From Akkermansia muciniphila (lineage in GTDB: Bacteria > Verrucomicrobiota > Verrucomicrobiia > Limisphaerales > UBA9464), in assembly GCA_945900455.1 (NCBI GenBank), contig CAMDJH010000001.1:453-64452 (forward strand): a stretch of DNA of 64,000 bases. The letters are read 5' to 3'. The position numbers were made by a program, and so were the translations under genes. The notes below the pieces were generated by a model that was not told the DNA's origin, did not search any database, and saw only the letters and a list, made by a program, of their open reading frames with translations. The first letter of the stretch is position 1. Every line of letters begins with the position of its first letter. Positions 1-8,724 of this stretch are shown here, piece after piece.

Positions 1-773
1 AGGGTGGCCTCCAGCCGGCGGCATTGCTTCTTGGTACGCGCCTTCGCCATGGCGTTGCTGAAGTGGCGCGTGGCGTCGATGGAGCCCTTGAAACTGATTC
101 GATCAAGCTCGACGTCGTGGATGGCCGCGGCCTCGGCCATCAAGCAACGGATCAAGTTGTGAGCGATGAGGTACATCAGCAGTTCTTTGTGCACCATCTT
201 CGGCGAGCGGCAGCTCAAGGTCTCCATGCCCATCGTGGTCTTGAGATCCCGGAAACAAAGCTCAAGGTGCCACCGGCGCTGGTAGACGGCAAATAGTTCG
301 TCAGCGGGATACTTCTTGGGATCCAGGAGAGTGGTCACCAGGGTGAGGTGGCGCGTGCGAAACCCCCGTTGAGTGATGCGGCAGCGCAAAATGCGAACGG
401 TGATCTGCTCCGGCACGGACTTCCATTGGCGCTTGGTGAGGTACTTCGGCCGGAGCCAGGGTTTGATCCAGGTGAAGAGGGCGTCGTAGGTGCCGAGACG
501 CTGCTTGCAGCGTCGGAAGTCCGGGCGGCGTGCTTGGTGAAGCCGGCAGACAACGTCCACGGCCTTCTTGGGCAGCGACGCCAGGCTCACGTAATCGCTA
601 AACGCGCGGTCACCCAGGACGATATCGTTCCGTCGCAAAAAGCCCCACAAGCGACGAAAGAGCCGGATGTCATGCCAGTGGAGGTTTTCCCGGATGACGT
701 GAAACTGATAAGCATTCGCTTTTGACGCTCCGCGATTAGGGAGATTTGGTTTATTGAATCTGGTGAATTTCGA
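1..773 (-). pseudogene. IS4-family DDE transposase, 5'-truncated fragment; the C-terminal part runs off the left window edge
   Basis: Absent from the ORF track because it has no Met. The minus frame is open from 773 to 1 and reads ...NDIVLGDRAFSDYVSLASL...LFAVYQRRWHLELCFRDLKTTMGMETLSCRSPKMVHKELLMYLIAHNLIR. This gives the second catalytic D (DRAF) and the Y-x2-R-x3-E-x6-K signature of IS4-type DDE enzymes. There is an in-frame TGA at 774-776, and the N-terminal region that would carry the first catalytic D is missing. Confidence 0.75.
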
Positions 774-878
774 TCACTTTCCCCCGTCAGCGGGCGGTAG
801 CAAGTGAATTTAGTGGCAGTGCCTAATTCACGGGCCCGCCAGCCTCGCCGGCTGCGCCGCGGACTCCGGCGGTGTCGC

Positions 879-1391
879 CTACTCCGATGGCACAGCTTGG
901 CCGGCCGCCTGGGCGACGCGGCCCATTCGATCAAGGGTCCGGCGGAGCGCGGAGCGTTTTGCGTTGTTTTCTCGGAAGACCACGCTCCTTTGACGGTCAA
1001 CCCCAGTGGCATCGGCTCCGGCGGCCTTGCGCTCTTCGGCGCGCTGGTACAGGTCGAGAAAAATCACGTTCAGCCGGTCGATGTCGGCCGATAGCATCCT
1101 CGCCAGGAAAACGAGGTTCAAAACCGTTCCATCGGTGCCGTCGCCAGCGTGCCGGCTGAACTCCTCGCGGATCTCCGCGACACGATACATTACTTTTTCG
1201 GCGGTGCGGTCGTTCCTTCCAAGCCAGTTCAGCAGCGCGAGGGCGTCATCGGTCGGGCACCCGGCGCCGAGCCACCTCGACGCGGCCTTCGGTTCGACTT
1301 CGAGTAGGAGTGCGATCTCTCCGCTGCGCAGCATTCCTGCCGGGGGCGTTACAAACGTGGTGCTATCCTGTGTGGTTTTGTGCGGTTTCAT
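879..1391 (-). CDS. Hypothetical HTH protein, possibly Nu1-type small-terminase-like
   Basis: 170 aa. The N-terminal segment MLRSGEIALLLEVEPKAASRWLGAGCP resembles the winged-HTH start of phage Nu1/DUF1441-type small terminase proteins. The rest is unrecognised. It is the last gene of the island operon. Confidence 0.4.
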   Translation of the reverse strand: MKPHKTTQDSTTFVTPPAGMLRSGEIALLLEVEPKAASRWLGAGCPTDDALALLNWLGRNDRTAEKVMYRVAEIREEFSRHAGDGTDGTVLNLVFLARMLSADIDRLNVIFLDLYQRAEERKAAGADATGVDRQRSVVFRENNAKRSALRRTLDRMGRVAQAAGQAVPSE

Positions 1392-1650
1392 TGGGGTTTC
1401 GTAGTGGTTTGAGAAAAGCTAGTCTGCATGGTGTAATTTTGAAGTTTGTGAGAAGTGGGTTGGAGTGTCTATACCAGCGCCCTTGGTCCGACCTAAGGAG
1501 ACTCCTAAAGCCATCCACCCCCACACGCTATACAATAGGCTCCCCCACGTGTGCCGTATCGCCCCCCCACTCATGCCATGGATAGTTCCGGCGGCGGTCG
1601 GGGGTGGTCAGTGCATTGTGCGAAACGAACTTCCGGCGGACATGCTGCTC

Positions 1651-1716
1651 CCAAAAGCCCCCAAAGCCCCAAAAGCCCCCCCCTCCCCTCTCCTTTTGGG
1701 GGTTCTGGGGGTTTTG
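1651..1716. repeat. C-rich/G-rich imperfect palindrome with tandem CCCC(C)AAA(A)G units; possible terminator of the island operon
   Basis: The sequence is CCAAAAGCCCCCAAAGCCCCAAAAG-C8TC4TCTC-CTTTTGGGGGTTCTGGGGGTTTTG. It has three forward units, two inverted units and a C-rich loop, and starts 23 nt downstream of the DUF3987 stop codon (1739). Confidence 0.4.
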
Positions 1717-1738
1717 TCCGTGCAACATCTCAGGAATT

Positions 1739-3304
1739 TCATTTCGCAATGCTGAGGGTTTCGCTCGGTCTCCCGCCGGTGCTTGCCGTCTCCAAGACGA
1801 ATCGGGGGCCAGTGGCTTTGACAATCTCTCGGATCTCGACGGCGGAGAATCCGTGAGACTTGTCTAAGTTGCGGAGTGACTCGCGCCCGCCCTTGCGGTC
1901 CAAGAGGTCATAAAGTTCCTCGGCTCGGTCTGCCTGTCGGCGCGCCCTTGCTTCGTTCATGGTCCGCAGATTTGAGCGGAGGAACCACCGGGCAATTTGA
2001 ACACCTCTTTCTGCTTGATCTTCGGTGAGAATGCTGGCGTCCACGTCATCGGCCACGCACTGACCTTGTGCGATGCGGATGGCGTTCTCCCGTGCGCGGC
2101 CAAGCTCGGCTTCGATGTCTCGATACTTCCCGAGCCTGAGTTGAACGACCTCATTGTGGTACCCCCTGAAGATTTCCTTGGCTTCGGGCGAGCAGATGAT
2201 TTCCCGAGTCCCGCCGGCCAGTGATTCGCGACGGTCGAAGACTCCCGCGAAGAGTTGCTCCCAGCCCTGTTCCGTTTCCTTGCTCACGCGCCGGTAAACT
2301 CCGTCATCAGCGAGGGGAACCGTTTCAACGATAACGGTGAGAATCCGGGCCGTCATACCCCGCTCGAAGGCTTCCTCGTTGCCCAGCAGCTCGCGGAGAA
2401 TGCCCGGTTGAACTAGCAGGATCATGTTAACGCACGGCGTCAGCTGGTTCATCCCTCTTGTGATGCGGTTATTTTTCATGGGTTCAACACTGTAACCCGA
2501 CAGCATCAAATCAAAGTCGCCCTGTGAGTCTTTCCGGTATTTACCGGCCAGGACGCGAAGGATTTCACCACCCTCCGGGGAATAGACCATCAGCGCCGAT
2601 TTGTTCCGGGCCAGGGCGACCGCGGCAGCCTCGGAAGTCGAATTACTGATCCAATAGCTTGGGAGCGAGGAGAGCAGCATTTCAAGGTCACCAAGCCTTT
2701 GCAGGGCCGCTTCGAGCTCTTCCTCTCTTTCTCGTTTCTCGACTGCGGTTATGGGATCCTTGGAACCGCGCGTGCCTCTTTTCCCTGACGCCAGTTCACC
2801 AACGAGAATGCCCGCTCGCTTTTCGAGTACAAGTTTCTCCCGTTTCAGTCCGGGCAGTTCTTCTTGGGTGAAACGGTCTTCCAGTCTTTGGGAAGCCGCC
2901 AGCAGTGGCTGCATAAGTGCTCCCGCCACGCTTCCTTTGCCGGAAGATTTAGGTGAGCCAATGATTACGTATAGGTTGCCGAAGCTGATCTTCCCGTTCA
3001 CTGCTCCGACGAGTTTGAATGCGTTTCCAAGGGCTCCACCGATAATGGCGACGGCCGCCGTTGCGGGCATTACCACGGGGACTTGATGAACGTCGGCAAC
3101 GGCTTCCACCATCCTCCGCATGACGGGATTCAGGGCGTCTAGGGGGAACTCGCCTGGGTCGAGGTCTGGCGAGTCTGCATCGGCGGGCGGTTCTCCGCCG
3201 TTGTTCGCGGGGCTTGCGGCGGCGGTCAGGTTTGAGGCTTTCGCTGGTTTGCCTGGAATGTAGATTCGGTTGGCAAAGTGGGATCCCTTTGTTGCGTCGT
3301 TCAT
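1739..3304 (-). CDS. DUF3987-family protein (putative helicase/primase accessory protein of integrative elements)
   Basis: 521 aa. It contains FPLDALNPVMRRMVEAVADVHQVPVVMPATAAVAIIGGALG followed by the P-loop-like GSPKSSGKGS, a pattern I recognise from DUF3987 proteins. It overlaps the upstream gene by 4 nt (3301-3304). Confidence 0.65.
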   Translation of the reverse strand: MNDATKGSHFANRIYIPGKPAKASNLTAAASPANNGGEPPADADSPDLDPGEFPLDALNPVMRRMVEAVADVHQVPVVMPATAAVAIIGGALGNAFKLVGAVNGKISFGNLYVIIGSPKSSGKGSVAGALMQPLLAASQRLEDRFTQEELPGLKREKLVLEKRAGILVGELASGKRGTRGSKDPITAVEKREREEELEAALQRLGDLEMLLSSLPSYWISNSTSEAAAVALARNKSALMVYSPEGGEILRVLAGKYRKDSQGDFDLMLSGYSVEPMKNNRITRGMNQLTPCVNMILLVQPGILRELLGNEEAFERGMTARILTVIVETVPLADDGVYRRVSKETEQGWEQLFAGVFDRRESLAGGTREIICSPEAKEIFRGYHNEVVQLRLGKYRDIEAELGRARENAIRIAQGQCVADDVDASILTEDQAERGVQIARWFLRSNLRTMNEARARRQADRAEELYDLLDRKGGRESLRNLDKSHGFSAVEIREIVKATGPRFVLETASTGGRPSETLSIAK

Positions 3305-4569
3305 GGGAGGATGTCGTTGTGCGCGGGGTCGGGGTTGAGTTCATTGGGGTCGATGTCTAAGAAGTCATTCAGGTCTTTAATGAGTGCTCCATCGGTTTTG
3401 CGTAAGCCAGCGAAGGGAAACGCATCGACGATTGCGCCAGCGGCTTCGAGTTGATCCGTCCAGTTCTCCGCGGCCTTCCGTCCGGCGTCGTCGTTGTGGA
3501 CGAAGATCCTGACTATCTTGCCGAAGAACAGGGGCAGGGCATCCGCGTGGATTCGCATTGATGCGCCAAGCATGCCGACGGGTGCGCAGTGGCTGTTATA
3601 CTCCTGGAGGCAAAGCGCGTGAGCAGCTAGGAAGTCTGGGCCACCTTCGCAAAGGGCTATGGTCTCGAACGGTTCAGATTCCTCGATGCCTATAGGCCAC
3701 GACGCCCGGCTTCCAGGAAGCGTCCAAGCTTTCGGTTTCGCTTCTAGGTGATCCCATAGTTGGCCGTCCATCCGGCGGGCTTGCGCGTTCAGCCGGGCGG
3801 AGTCAGTCACGATCCATGCTAGGTGGTCCTTTAGGGTCGCGAATCGAAGTAGCCCGCGCTCGTCGGCCCAAGCGTGGGCTGCGTATTGGATACCTCGAAG
3901 GTCGGCCAGTTGGCGGAAGTCGTGCTCGGTTCCGCGGTGTAATGCCTGGAATGACGGCTTCGGTTTCTGGGGAGGTGCGGGCGGCGGCAGACGAACCGGT
4001 TCGATGTCCATCGTCCCTAGCAGCCAGCCACGAGGCTTTGACGGCGGCGTCTCGATTGATGACCGGACCTTGTGAACCAGTTCTGATTCAGACCACGGCG
4101 GCTGGCATTTCGAATTCCATTCGAGCAACACGGCAAGGGCGTCCGATTCTGGCAAACAAAGTCCCCAGGTCAGCTTACCGGCGAGCGATATGGTGGCATT
4201 GTGTCCGCCCTGTCCCGAAACCGCGCCCGGTGTGCCATTGGCATATCTGCGAGCTCTCTCGACCGGTGTGAGTTGCTGGCGCCGGGGCAGTCGTGGCGAC
4301 GGCGGAAGGTGCGAGGGTGGTTGTGGCAGCCCAAGGTTGACGGTGATCCCTACCGGGCTTTTGGCGTTGATCTGTGGGGGGCTCTGCGCTACCGTTCCGA
4401 TGTCGTTCGTGTCGGAGCGTGCCGCCGGTTTCCTTTCGAGGTCCGGCGGCTTTTCTTTATGCGGATCTGGAGGCGGCCTTGGTGTCGGGGTGTATACCTT
4501 AGGAACAGGCGGCGGTTGCGGCGGTTCAAAATCAGGGCATTCGGCGCCGTGGTTGGTGCGAGGGCTCAC
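3301..4569 (-). CDS. Primase-like protein with a PriCT-type helical domain and a C-terminal Toprim domain
   Basis: 422 aa with a Pro-rich N-terminus. GGHNATISLAGKLTWGLCLPESDALAVLLEWNSKCQPPWSESELVHKVRSS resembles primase C-terminal (PriCT) domains. Toprim-like motifs are ALCEGGPDFLAAH and IFVHNDDAGRKAA. Confidence 0.6.
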   Translation of the reverse strand: MSPRTNHGAECPDFEPPQPPPVPKVYTPTPRPPPDPHKEKPPDLERKPAARSDTNDIGTVAQSPPQINAKSPVGITVNLGLPQPPSHLPPSPRLPRRQQLTPVERARRYANGTPGAVSGQGGHNATISLAGKLTWGLCLPESDALAVLLEWNSKCQPPWSESELVHKVRSSIETPPSKPRGWLLGTMDIEPVRLPPPAPPQKPKPSFQALHRGTEHDFRQLADLRGIQYAAHAWADERGLLRFATLKDHLAWIVTDSARLNAQARRMDGQLWDHLEAKPKAWTLPGSRASWPIGIEESEPFETIALCEGGPDFLAAHALCLQEYNSHCAPVGMLGASMRIHADALPLFFGKIVRIFVHNDDAGRKAAENWTDQLEAAGAIVDAFPFAGLRKTDGALIKDLNDFLDIDPNELNPDPAHNDILP

Positions 4570-4997
4570 TTGGATTCCTCCTCGGTGCTGGCGCCCTGTT
4601 TCGCGGCGAGGGCCGAACCCGCAGATTTGCGGACGCGCGGGCGATACGACGTTACCCGGCCTTTGACTCCAAACGATTCACGAAGCCAAGCCAAGGCAGG
4701 TTCGGTTTCGATCAATATTTTTCGCGGCCCCGGCCTTAGGCACGGCATCCCGCCGGGTACTATCCAATTTTTAACGGTCCGCACCGACATTTGGACCATT
4801 CCACAGAACTGCTTTACCGTTTGGATTGGCGGAAATCCAGACTGGGGGATGACTGCCGCGAGTGAACTCAGGTTAGTTGTTGCGGTGGGTGGGTTCGGAT
4901 TGAAGGTGGCGCTCACATATGGGTTGTGTCCTTGGCTATGGTTTCTTCGCGTTTGGCGGCGCTTTTTCCGGCAAGAAGTTGCGTAATTGGGAATCAC
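4566..4997 (-). CDS. AlpA/excisionase-type HTH DNA-binding protein
   Basis: TVKQFCGMVQMSVRTVKNWIVPGGMPCLRPGPRKILIETEPALAWL resembles excisionase-family (MerR-like) HTH domains. The first ~60 aa of the listed ORF may be spurious. Its stop overlaps the next gene's start (4566-4569). Confidence 0.55.
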   Translation of the reverse strand: MIPNYATSCRKKRRQTRRNHSQGHNPYVSATFNPNPPTATTNLSSLAAVIPQSGFPPIQTVKQFCGMVQMSVRTVKNWIVPGGMPCLRPGPRKILIETEPALAWLRESFGVKGRVTSYRPRVRKSAGSALAAKQGASTEEESK

Positions 4998-5278
4998 TCC
5001 GCCCTCTGTAACCCGCTTGTTTTCAACGCCATAGTCGGGAAGGTTGCGCCAATCCGCGGCAGCTGAACGCGCTTGAGCCTACCCGAAAATAAATCTTCAA
5101 CTATTTTTTCCTGTGACGCAAATCGTTGTCGGGCAACATGTTACCGGTTAATCGTCGTTCAAGAACTTGCGTAACGTGCATGGAATCAATCCTTTAGGCG
5201 GTGGCTTACCGCGGAGGAAGTGGACACGCAGGCGGGCAAACGGCGAAGTGCTCGCCGCGGTTTCCTTCGATGCGAGCC

Positions 5279-6679
5279 CTATTGCGTAGCCTGGAAAGTG
5301 ATGACGGCTTGTCCTGCGGCGGGCGGGCGGACGTTGAAGAACTTCTCTGCGGTCTCTTGGGTCGCGAGTCCGCGGTAGTGCTTGAAAATCATCTGGGGGG
5401 AGTTTCCGGCTTCCAAGGCGGCGCGCGCCACGTCTCCGGTTGCCGCCACACGGTAGCTGACGGCCGAGTGCCGGGCGCCGTTCTCGATGCGGCGGACGCC
5501 CGCGGCGGTGCAGGTCTCGGTGACGGCCCGGATGTAGCCAAAGTTCGTTTCTGGCCAGACGGGTGCCGTAACGTCGCCTCGGTGCGGCAAGAGCCATTCC
5601 CGCAGGTTCGGCAGGATCGGGACAAGTCTGCGGGTCGCGGTCTTGGTCTTGTCCGCTCCAAGTGAAATGTGGCCTTGCTGGAAATCAATGTCGCCCCATG
5701 TCGTCCGGCAAAGCTCGGCGGTCCGCAGTCCTGCAAAGAACGCAATAGCGAGCGACGGCAGCAGCTTCGCGGGCGCGGCGGCGAGAAGTTTCGCGGTCTC
5801 TTCTGGAGTGTAGAACTCCGGGTCGCCCTTGCCTGTGACGGTCTCGCGTTGAACGTCGCGCAGCGGATTCTCGATGATCAATCCCCGGGTGCGGCAAAAC
5901 TCAAAAAAGCCGGATAAAACCGTCGCAAAGTTTCGCCGGGTCTGGGCGGACAACGGGTCGCCGGCTGTTCCGCGCAACCCATCGAGCCAGGATTGAATCA
6001 TCGGGCTCGTGAAGTCTCCGAGGTTCCGGCCCGGGTGCTCGTGGACGAAACGCCCAAGCCGAGACGTAATGTCCCCAAGATGCCGAGCGGACCGCCCCTG
6101 CGCCGCTTTAGCCTCGCAAAATTTGTCTGCGGCCGCGGTGAGCGACTGCTTCTCCCTTGCCGCCGGATGTCTCACTGACCACGCCCGGCACGCTTGCACG
6201 ATGTCGTGGGCGCCGACGAGTTTGGACGCCTCGCAGATGATGTCCGCGGCCCCCTGCAAGGTGATGCCAAGGGGGCCAATTTTCTCTTTCAGACAAACGA
6301 GATCTGCGGCGTCGGCGGAACTGAGAGCAGCAACCATCCCGTCAGAATTCCCGAGGGCAATAACGCGGCGTTGGGCCTCGCTCTTGGCGGCCTTGAGGTC
6401 TGAGAACTTTCGCAGTTGCCGTTTCCCGCCAGCGGAAAAGGCGACGGTGTAAACAGTGTACTCCTCGCCGTTCCGGGCTTTCCCGTTCCGCACCCGATAG
6501 ATTTTAACGGCCGCGGAACCGGAACGGACCGTAATGGGGAACTTGCCGCCATGATTGCCGCCGGCGTCCTTCTTGATCATGCCGAACCGTGCCCCTTTGT
6601 GGGCCTTTCGTAAAGGATGCCGCCGGATCCTGCTGTATGGTGATTGCCATACGCAAATCTGTGCCCAAAACGTGCCCAA
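5279..6679 (-). CDS. int: Tyrosine recombinase / phage-type integrase
   Basis: The catalytic signature is present: AGLRTAEL (Arg), ARHSAVSY (H-x-x-R) and FKHYRG (Tyr). The likely true start is MIKKDAGG at 6580. It lies next to tRNA-Thr. Confidence 0.85.
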   Translation of the reverse strand: MGTFWAQICVWQSPYSRIRRHPLRKAHKGARFGMIKKDAGGNHGGKFPITVRSGSAAVKIYRVRNGKARNGEEYTVYTVAFSAGGKRQLRKFSDLKAAKSEAQRRVIALGNSDGMVAALSSADAADLVCLKEKIGPLGITLQGAADIICEASKLVGAHDIVQACRAWSVRHPAAREKQSLTAAADKFCEAKAAQGRSARHLGDITSRLGRFVHEHPGRNLGDFTSPMIQSWLDGLRGTAGDPLSAQTRRNFATVLSGFFEFCRTRGLIIENPLRDVQRETVTGKGDPEFYTPEETAKLLAAAPAKLLPSLAIAFFAGLRTAELCRTTWGDIDFQQGHISLGADKTKTATRRLVPILPNLREWLLPHRGDVTAPVWPETNFGYIRAVTETCTAAGVRRIENGARHSAVSYRVAATGDVARAALEAGNSPQMIFKHYRGLATQETAEKFFNVRPPAAGQAVITFQATQ

Positions 6680-6739
6680 AAATATAGAACGCCTCTAAAT
6701 TTTGAGCAGGAAATCCTTTGTAACTCCTTGATTATGAAC

Positions 6740-6814
6740 TGGAGCCAGTGGTCGGGATTGAACCGACGACCTACGGTTTACGAAACCGTTGCTCTGCCAC
6801 TGAGCTACACTGGC
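6740..6814 (-). tRNA. tRNA-Thr (anticodon CGU)
   Basis: The manual cloverleaf is GCCAGTG/TA/GCTC-AGTGGCA-GAGC/A/ACGGT-TTCGTAA-ACCGT/AGGTC/GTCGG-TTCAATC-CCGAC/CACTGGC/T/CCA. All stems pair and the CCA is encoded. Confidence 0.93.
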
Positions 6815-7019
6815 GTCTCGCCTCACACCTCCCGTTGGGGCCTTGAAGCAGGGGGTTTTCATAGGCAACGCCCCCGGTTCCGGCAAGTGTTTTCAACTTC
6901 TCTTTTCCAGGATCCCAGCACGATGCCCGAAATGTCACCGCTTTTGGCCGTTGGCTTCCCTCCCGTCCCCCGGCATGATCCCACTCAGAACGGTCCGATT
7001 TTCCGCTCCAATTCGAATC

Positions 7020-7628
7020 ATGCCTCCTCCCGCTCAACGCGATCTCTCCAGCCTCAGTGATGAGGAATTGGTCGCGCTGGCTCAGAAGGGCGATATGCCC
7101 CCGTTCGAGGAGCTCGTCTTCCGTCATCGTGACAAGGTCTATGCCCGGGCCTATCTCATGATGCATCAAGAGGATGCCGCTCTCGATGCCTCCCAGGCAG
7201 CCTGGGTCAAAGGTTGGCAACGTTTGGCTCAATTTAAGGGGGATTCAAGCTTTTCCACCTGGATGACCCGGGTGGTGATCAACGTGTGCCTGGATGACCT
7301 GCGGAAGCAAAAGCGCGTTCATCTGGAATCCATTGAGGAAATGGATGAAGAAACAGGAGGCGTGGAACGTCAAATGCCAGTAGTGACGGTCAATCCGACC
7401 GAAGGAATGGAGCAGGATGAGCTTCGAAAGCGGATTGATGATGCACTGGAAAAACTCAGTCCGGCTCATCGGGCTGTTTTGGTACTGCATGAATTTGAAA
7501 GACTTGAGTACAAAGAAATCAGCACCCGGGTCGGAATCTCCATCGGAACCGTCATGTCCCGGCTCTTTTATGCACGCCGGAAAATGGCCTCCTTGTTGCA
7601 AGGCCTGAGAAAGGAACGTGCCTCATGA
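7020..7628 (+). CDS. ECF-type RNA polymerase sigma-70 family factor
   Basis: Region 2 is LVFRHRDKVYARAYLMMHQEDAALDASQAAWVKGW...FSTWMTRVVINVCLDDLRK. Region 4 is LSPAHRAVLVLHEFERLEYKEISTRVGISIGTVMSRLFYARRKM. The start was moved to MPPPAQRD (ORF track 6843). Confidence 0.85.
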   Translation: MPPPAQRDLSSLSDEELVALAQKGDMPPFEELVFRHRDKVYARAYLMMHQEDAALDASQAAWVKGWQRLAQFKGDSSFSTWMTRVVINVCLDDLRKQKRVHLESIEEMDEETGGVERQMPVVTVNPTEGMEQDELRKRIDDALEKLSPAHRAVLVLHEFERLEYKEISTRVGISIGTVMSRLFYARRKMASLLQGLRKERAS

Positions 7629-8110
7629 AATCGACAAACAAATCCGCAGACCTGACGGAGCAGCAGATGCTGGCGATCCAGGCCGACGTCGATGGCGAAC
7701 TGGCGCCTCGAGAACGTTCCGAGGTGCAGGCGTTACTCGCGGCAAGTGCGGTGGCGAGAGCTTTTCGGGATCGCATTTCGGGAGCTCGCGAGGTGATTCG
7801 CCGAGGAGAACCCACCCGCGGCGTTCCCGAGGGTCGTGATTTTTACTGGTCGCAAATTCGCCGGCAGATTGAAGCGGCGGAAAGACTGGGGCCAACGTCG
7901 ACGCCGCGCCGGGCTGTGCCTGCTTGGTTGCGTTGGCTGGGGTGGGGTTCGCCCGTTCTCGGGGCTGCTGCGGTTGCGTGGGTCATGATGCGGCCTGACG
8001 GCCGATTCGGTCTGGAGACTGCGGCTCTGATCGAAGGAAGCCAACTGGAGGCGAGCGGACTGGTGTTCCGCTCGGAATACGACGGCGTGACCATTCACTG
8101 GATCAATTGA
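7625..8110 (+). CDS. Putative anti-sigma factor (single-pass membrane protein)
   Basis: There is an ATGA overlap with the sigma gene. The N-terminal segment QQMLAIQADVDGELAPRERSEVQALL is typical of anti-sigma N-domains. There is one TM helix (WLGWGSPVLGAAAVAWVMM). Confidence 0.6.
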   Translation: MKSTNKSADLTEQQMLAIQADVDGELAPRERSEVQALLAASAVARAFRDRISGAREVIRRGEPTRGVPEGRDFYWSQIRRQIEAAERLGPTSTPRRAVPAWLRWLGWGSPVLGAAAVAWVMMRPDGRFGLETAALIEGSQLEASGLVFRSEYDGVTIHWIN

Positions 8111-8178
8111 AGAATTGAAGACGATTGATTCTCCCCCTACCGCTTTTTCGAACAACTGGATCACTCGCTTTTAATGCC

Positions 8179-8646
8179 ATGTCGCGTATTTATCGTTTTA
8201 TCGTACTGGTCGCGTTAATCACTTCTGGATTCTCGCTGACGGTTTCGGCGGCTGGATTCAAGGCGAAGCTACAGTTGGCCTGGGGCACCGACGGGAGCAA
8301 ACCGGGCGGCAAGGACTGGACCGAGTTGGATGCGAAGGCGAAGGCGAAACTTCGCAATCTTCGATGGAAGAATTATTGGGTGGTGAAAACCGCGGAGTCG
8401 ACAGTAAGTGGCGTGTCGCAGCGGACGGTCCTGAGCGATAAGTGTGCGGTGGACACTCGGGAAGTGGCCGGCGGGTTCCTTGAAGTCAGGATCTTCGATT
8501 TGAAGGCCGGTTCAGAGCCGAAGCTGGTGAAGACAGTGCAGCACGCCATCAAGGCGCTTAAGGGAGGGGAGTATTGCATCATCGCGGGTGACGATAAGAA
8601 TAGCTGGGAGAACGCCTGGGTTGTGATCATCACGGGCGGTCAATGA
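8179..8646 (+). CDS. Secreted hypothetical protein
   Basis: It has a signal peptide (MSRIYRFIVLVALITSGFSLTVSAAG), lies downstream of the ECF module, and has no recognisable domain. Confidence 0.5.
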   Translation: MSRIYRFIVLVALITSGFSLTVSAAGFKAKLQLAWGTDGSKPGGKDWTELDAKAKAKLRNLRWKNYWVVKTAESTVSGVSQRTVLSDKCAVDTREVAGGFLEVRIFDLKAGSEPKLVKTVQHAIKALKGGEYCIIAGDDKNSWENAWVVIITGGQ

Positions 8647-8724
8647 CCGTTGGCGGGTACGCAGGTGCAGCAAACATCACTTGCGTTGAGGGCCAGGTTG
8701 GCCAAATCTCCGCCGCGTTTTTCT

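Larger units (their letters stand above)
774..6739. mobile_element. Integrative element (~6 kb) adjacent to the 3' end of tRNA-Thr; the left boundary is unresolved
   Basis: A tyrosine integrase lies 60 nt from the tRNA 3' end, followed by a co-directional operon of excisionase-like, primase-like, DUF3987 and HTH genes with 4-nt start/stop overlaps. The far side abuts a truncated IS4 transposase. I could not find an exact direct repeat of the tRNA 3' end. Confidence 0.6.

Noticed and set aside
1461-1498. A possible att repeat: TGGAG...CGACCTAAGG resembles the tRNA-Thr 3' segment TGGAG...CGACCTACGG. A weaker resemblance is TTATTGAATCTGG at ~751-765 versus ATTATGAACTGG at 6731-6742.
   Set aside because: Only the short end blocks match and the ~22 nt between them do not. 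This is too weak to call an attachment-site repeat without a proper alignment, so the island boundary is left open.
1651-1716. Whether the tandem CCCCAAAAG units, or any other repeats in the window, form a CRISPR array
   Set aside because: The units are 9-10 bp, contiguous and lack unique spacers. No repeat-spacer periodicity of 25-40 bp was seen anywhere, and no cas genes are present.
4201-4986. A 261-aa plus-strand ORF across the primase-like and excisionase-like genes
   Set aside because: The opposite strand carries Toprim/PriCT and HTH motifs and shows operon-style ATGA coupling. The plus-strand translation is Arg/Gly/Trp-rich with no motifs.
5148-5745. ORFs 5148-5597 (minus), 5201-5665 (plus) and 5389-5745 (minus), which overlap the integrase gene
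   Set aside because: They sit in alternative frames or on the opposite strand of the motif-supported integrase, and their composition is R/P/G-rich.
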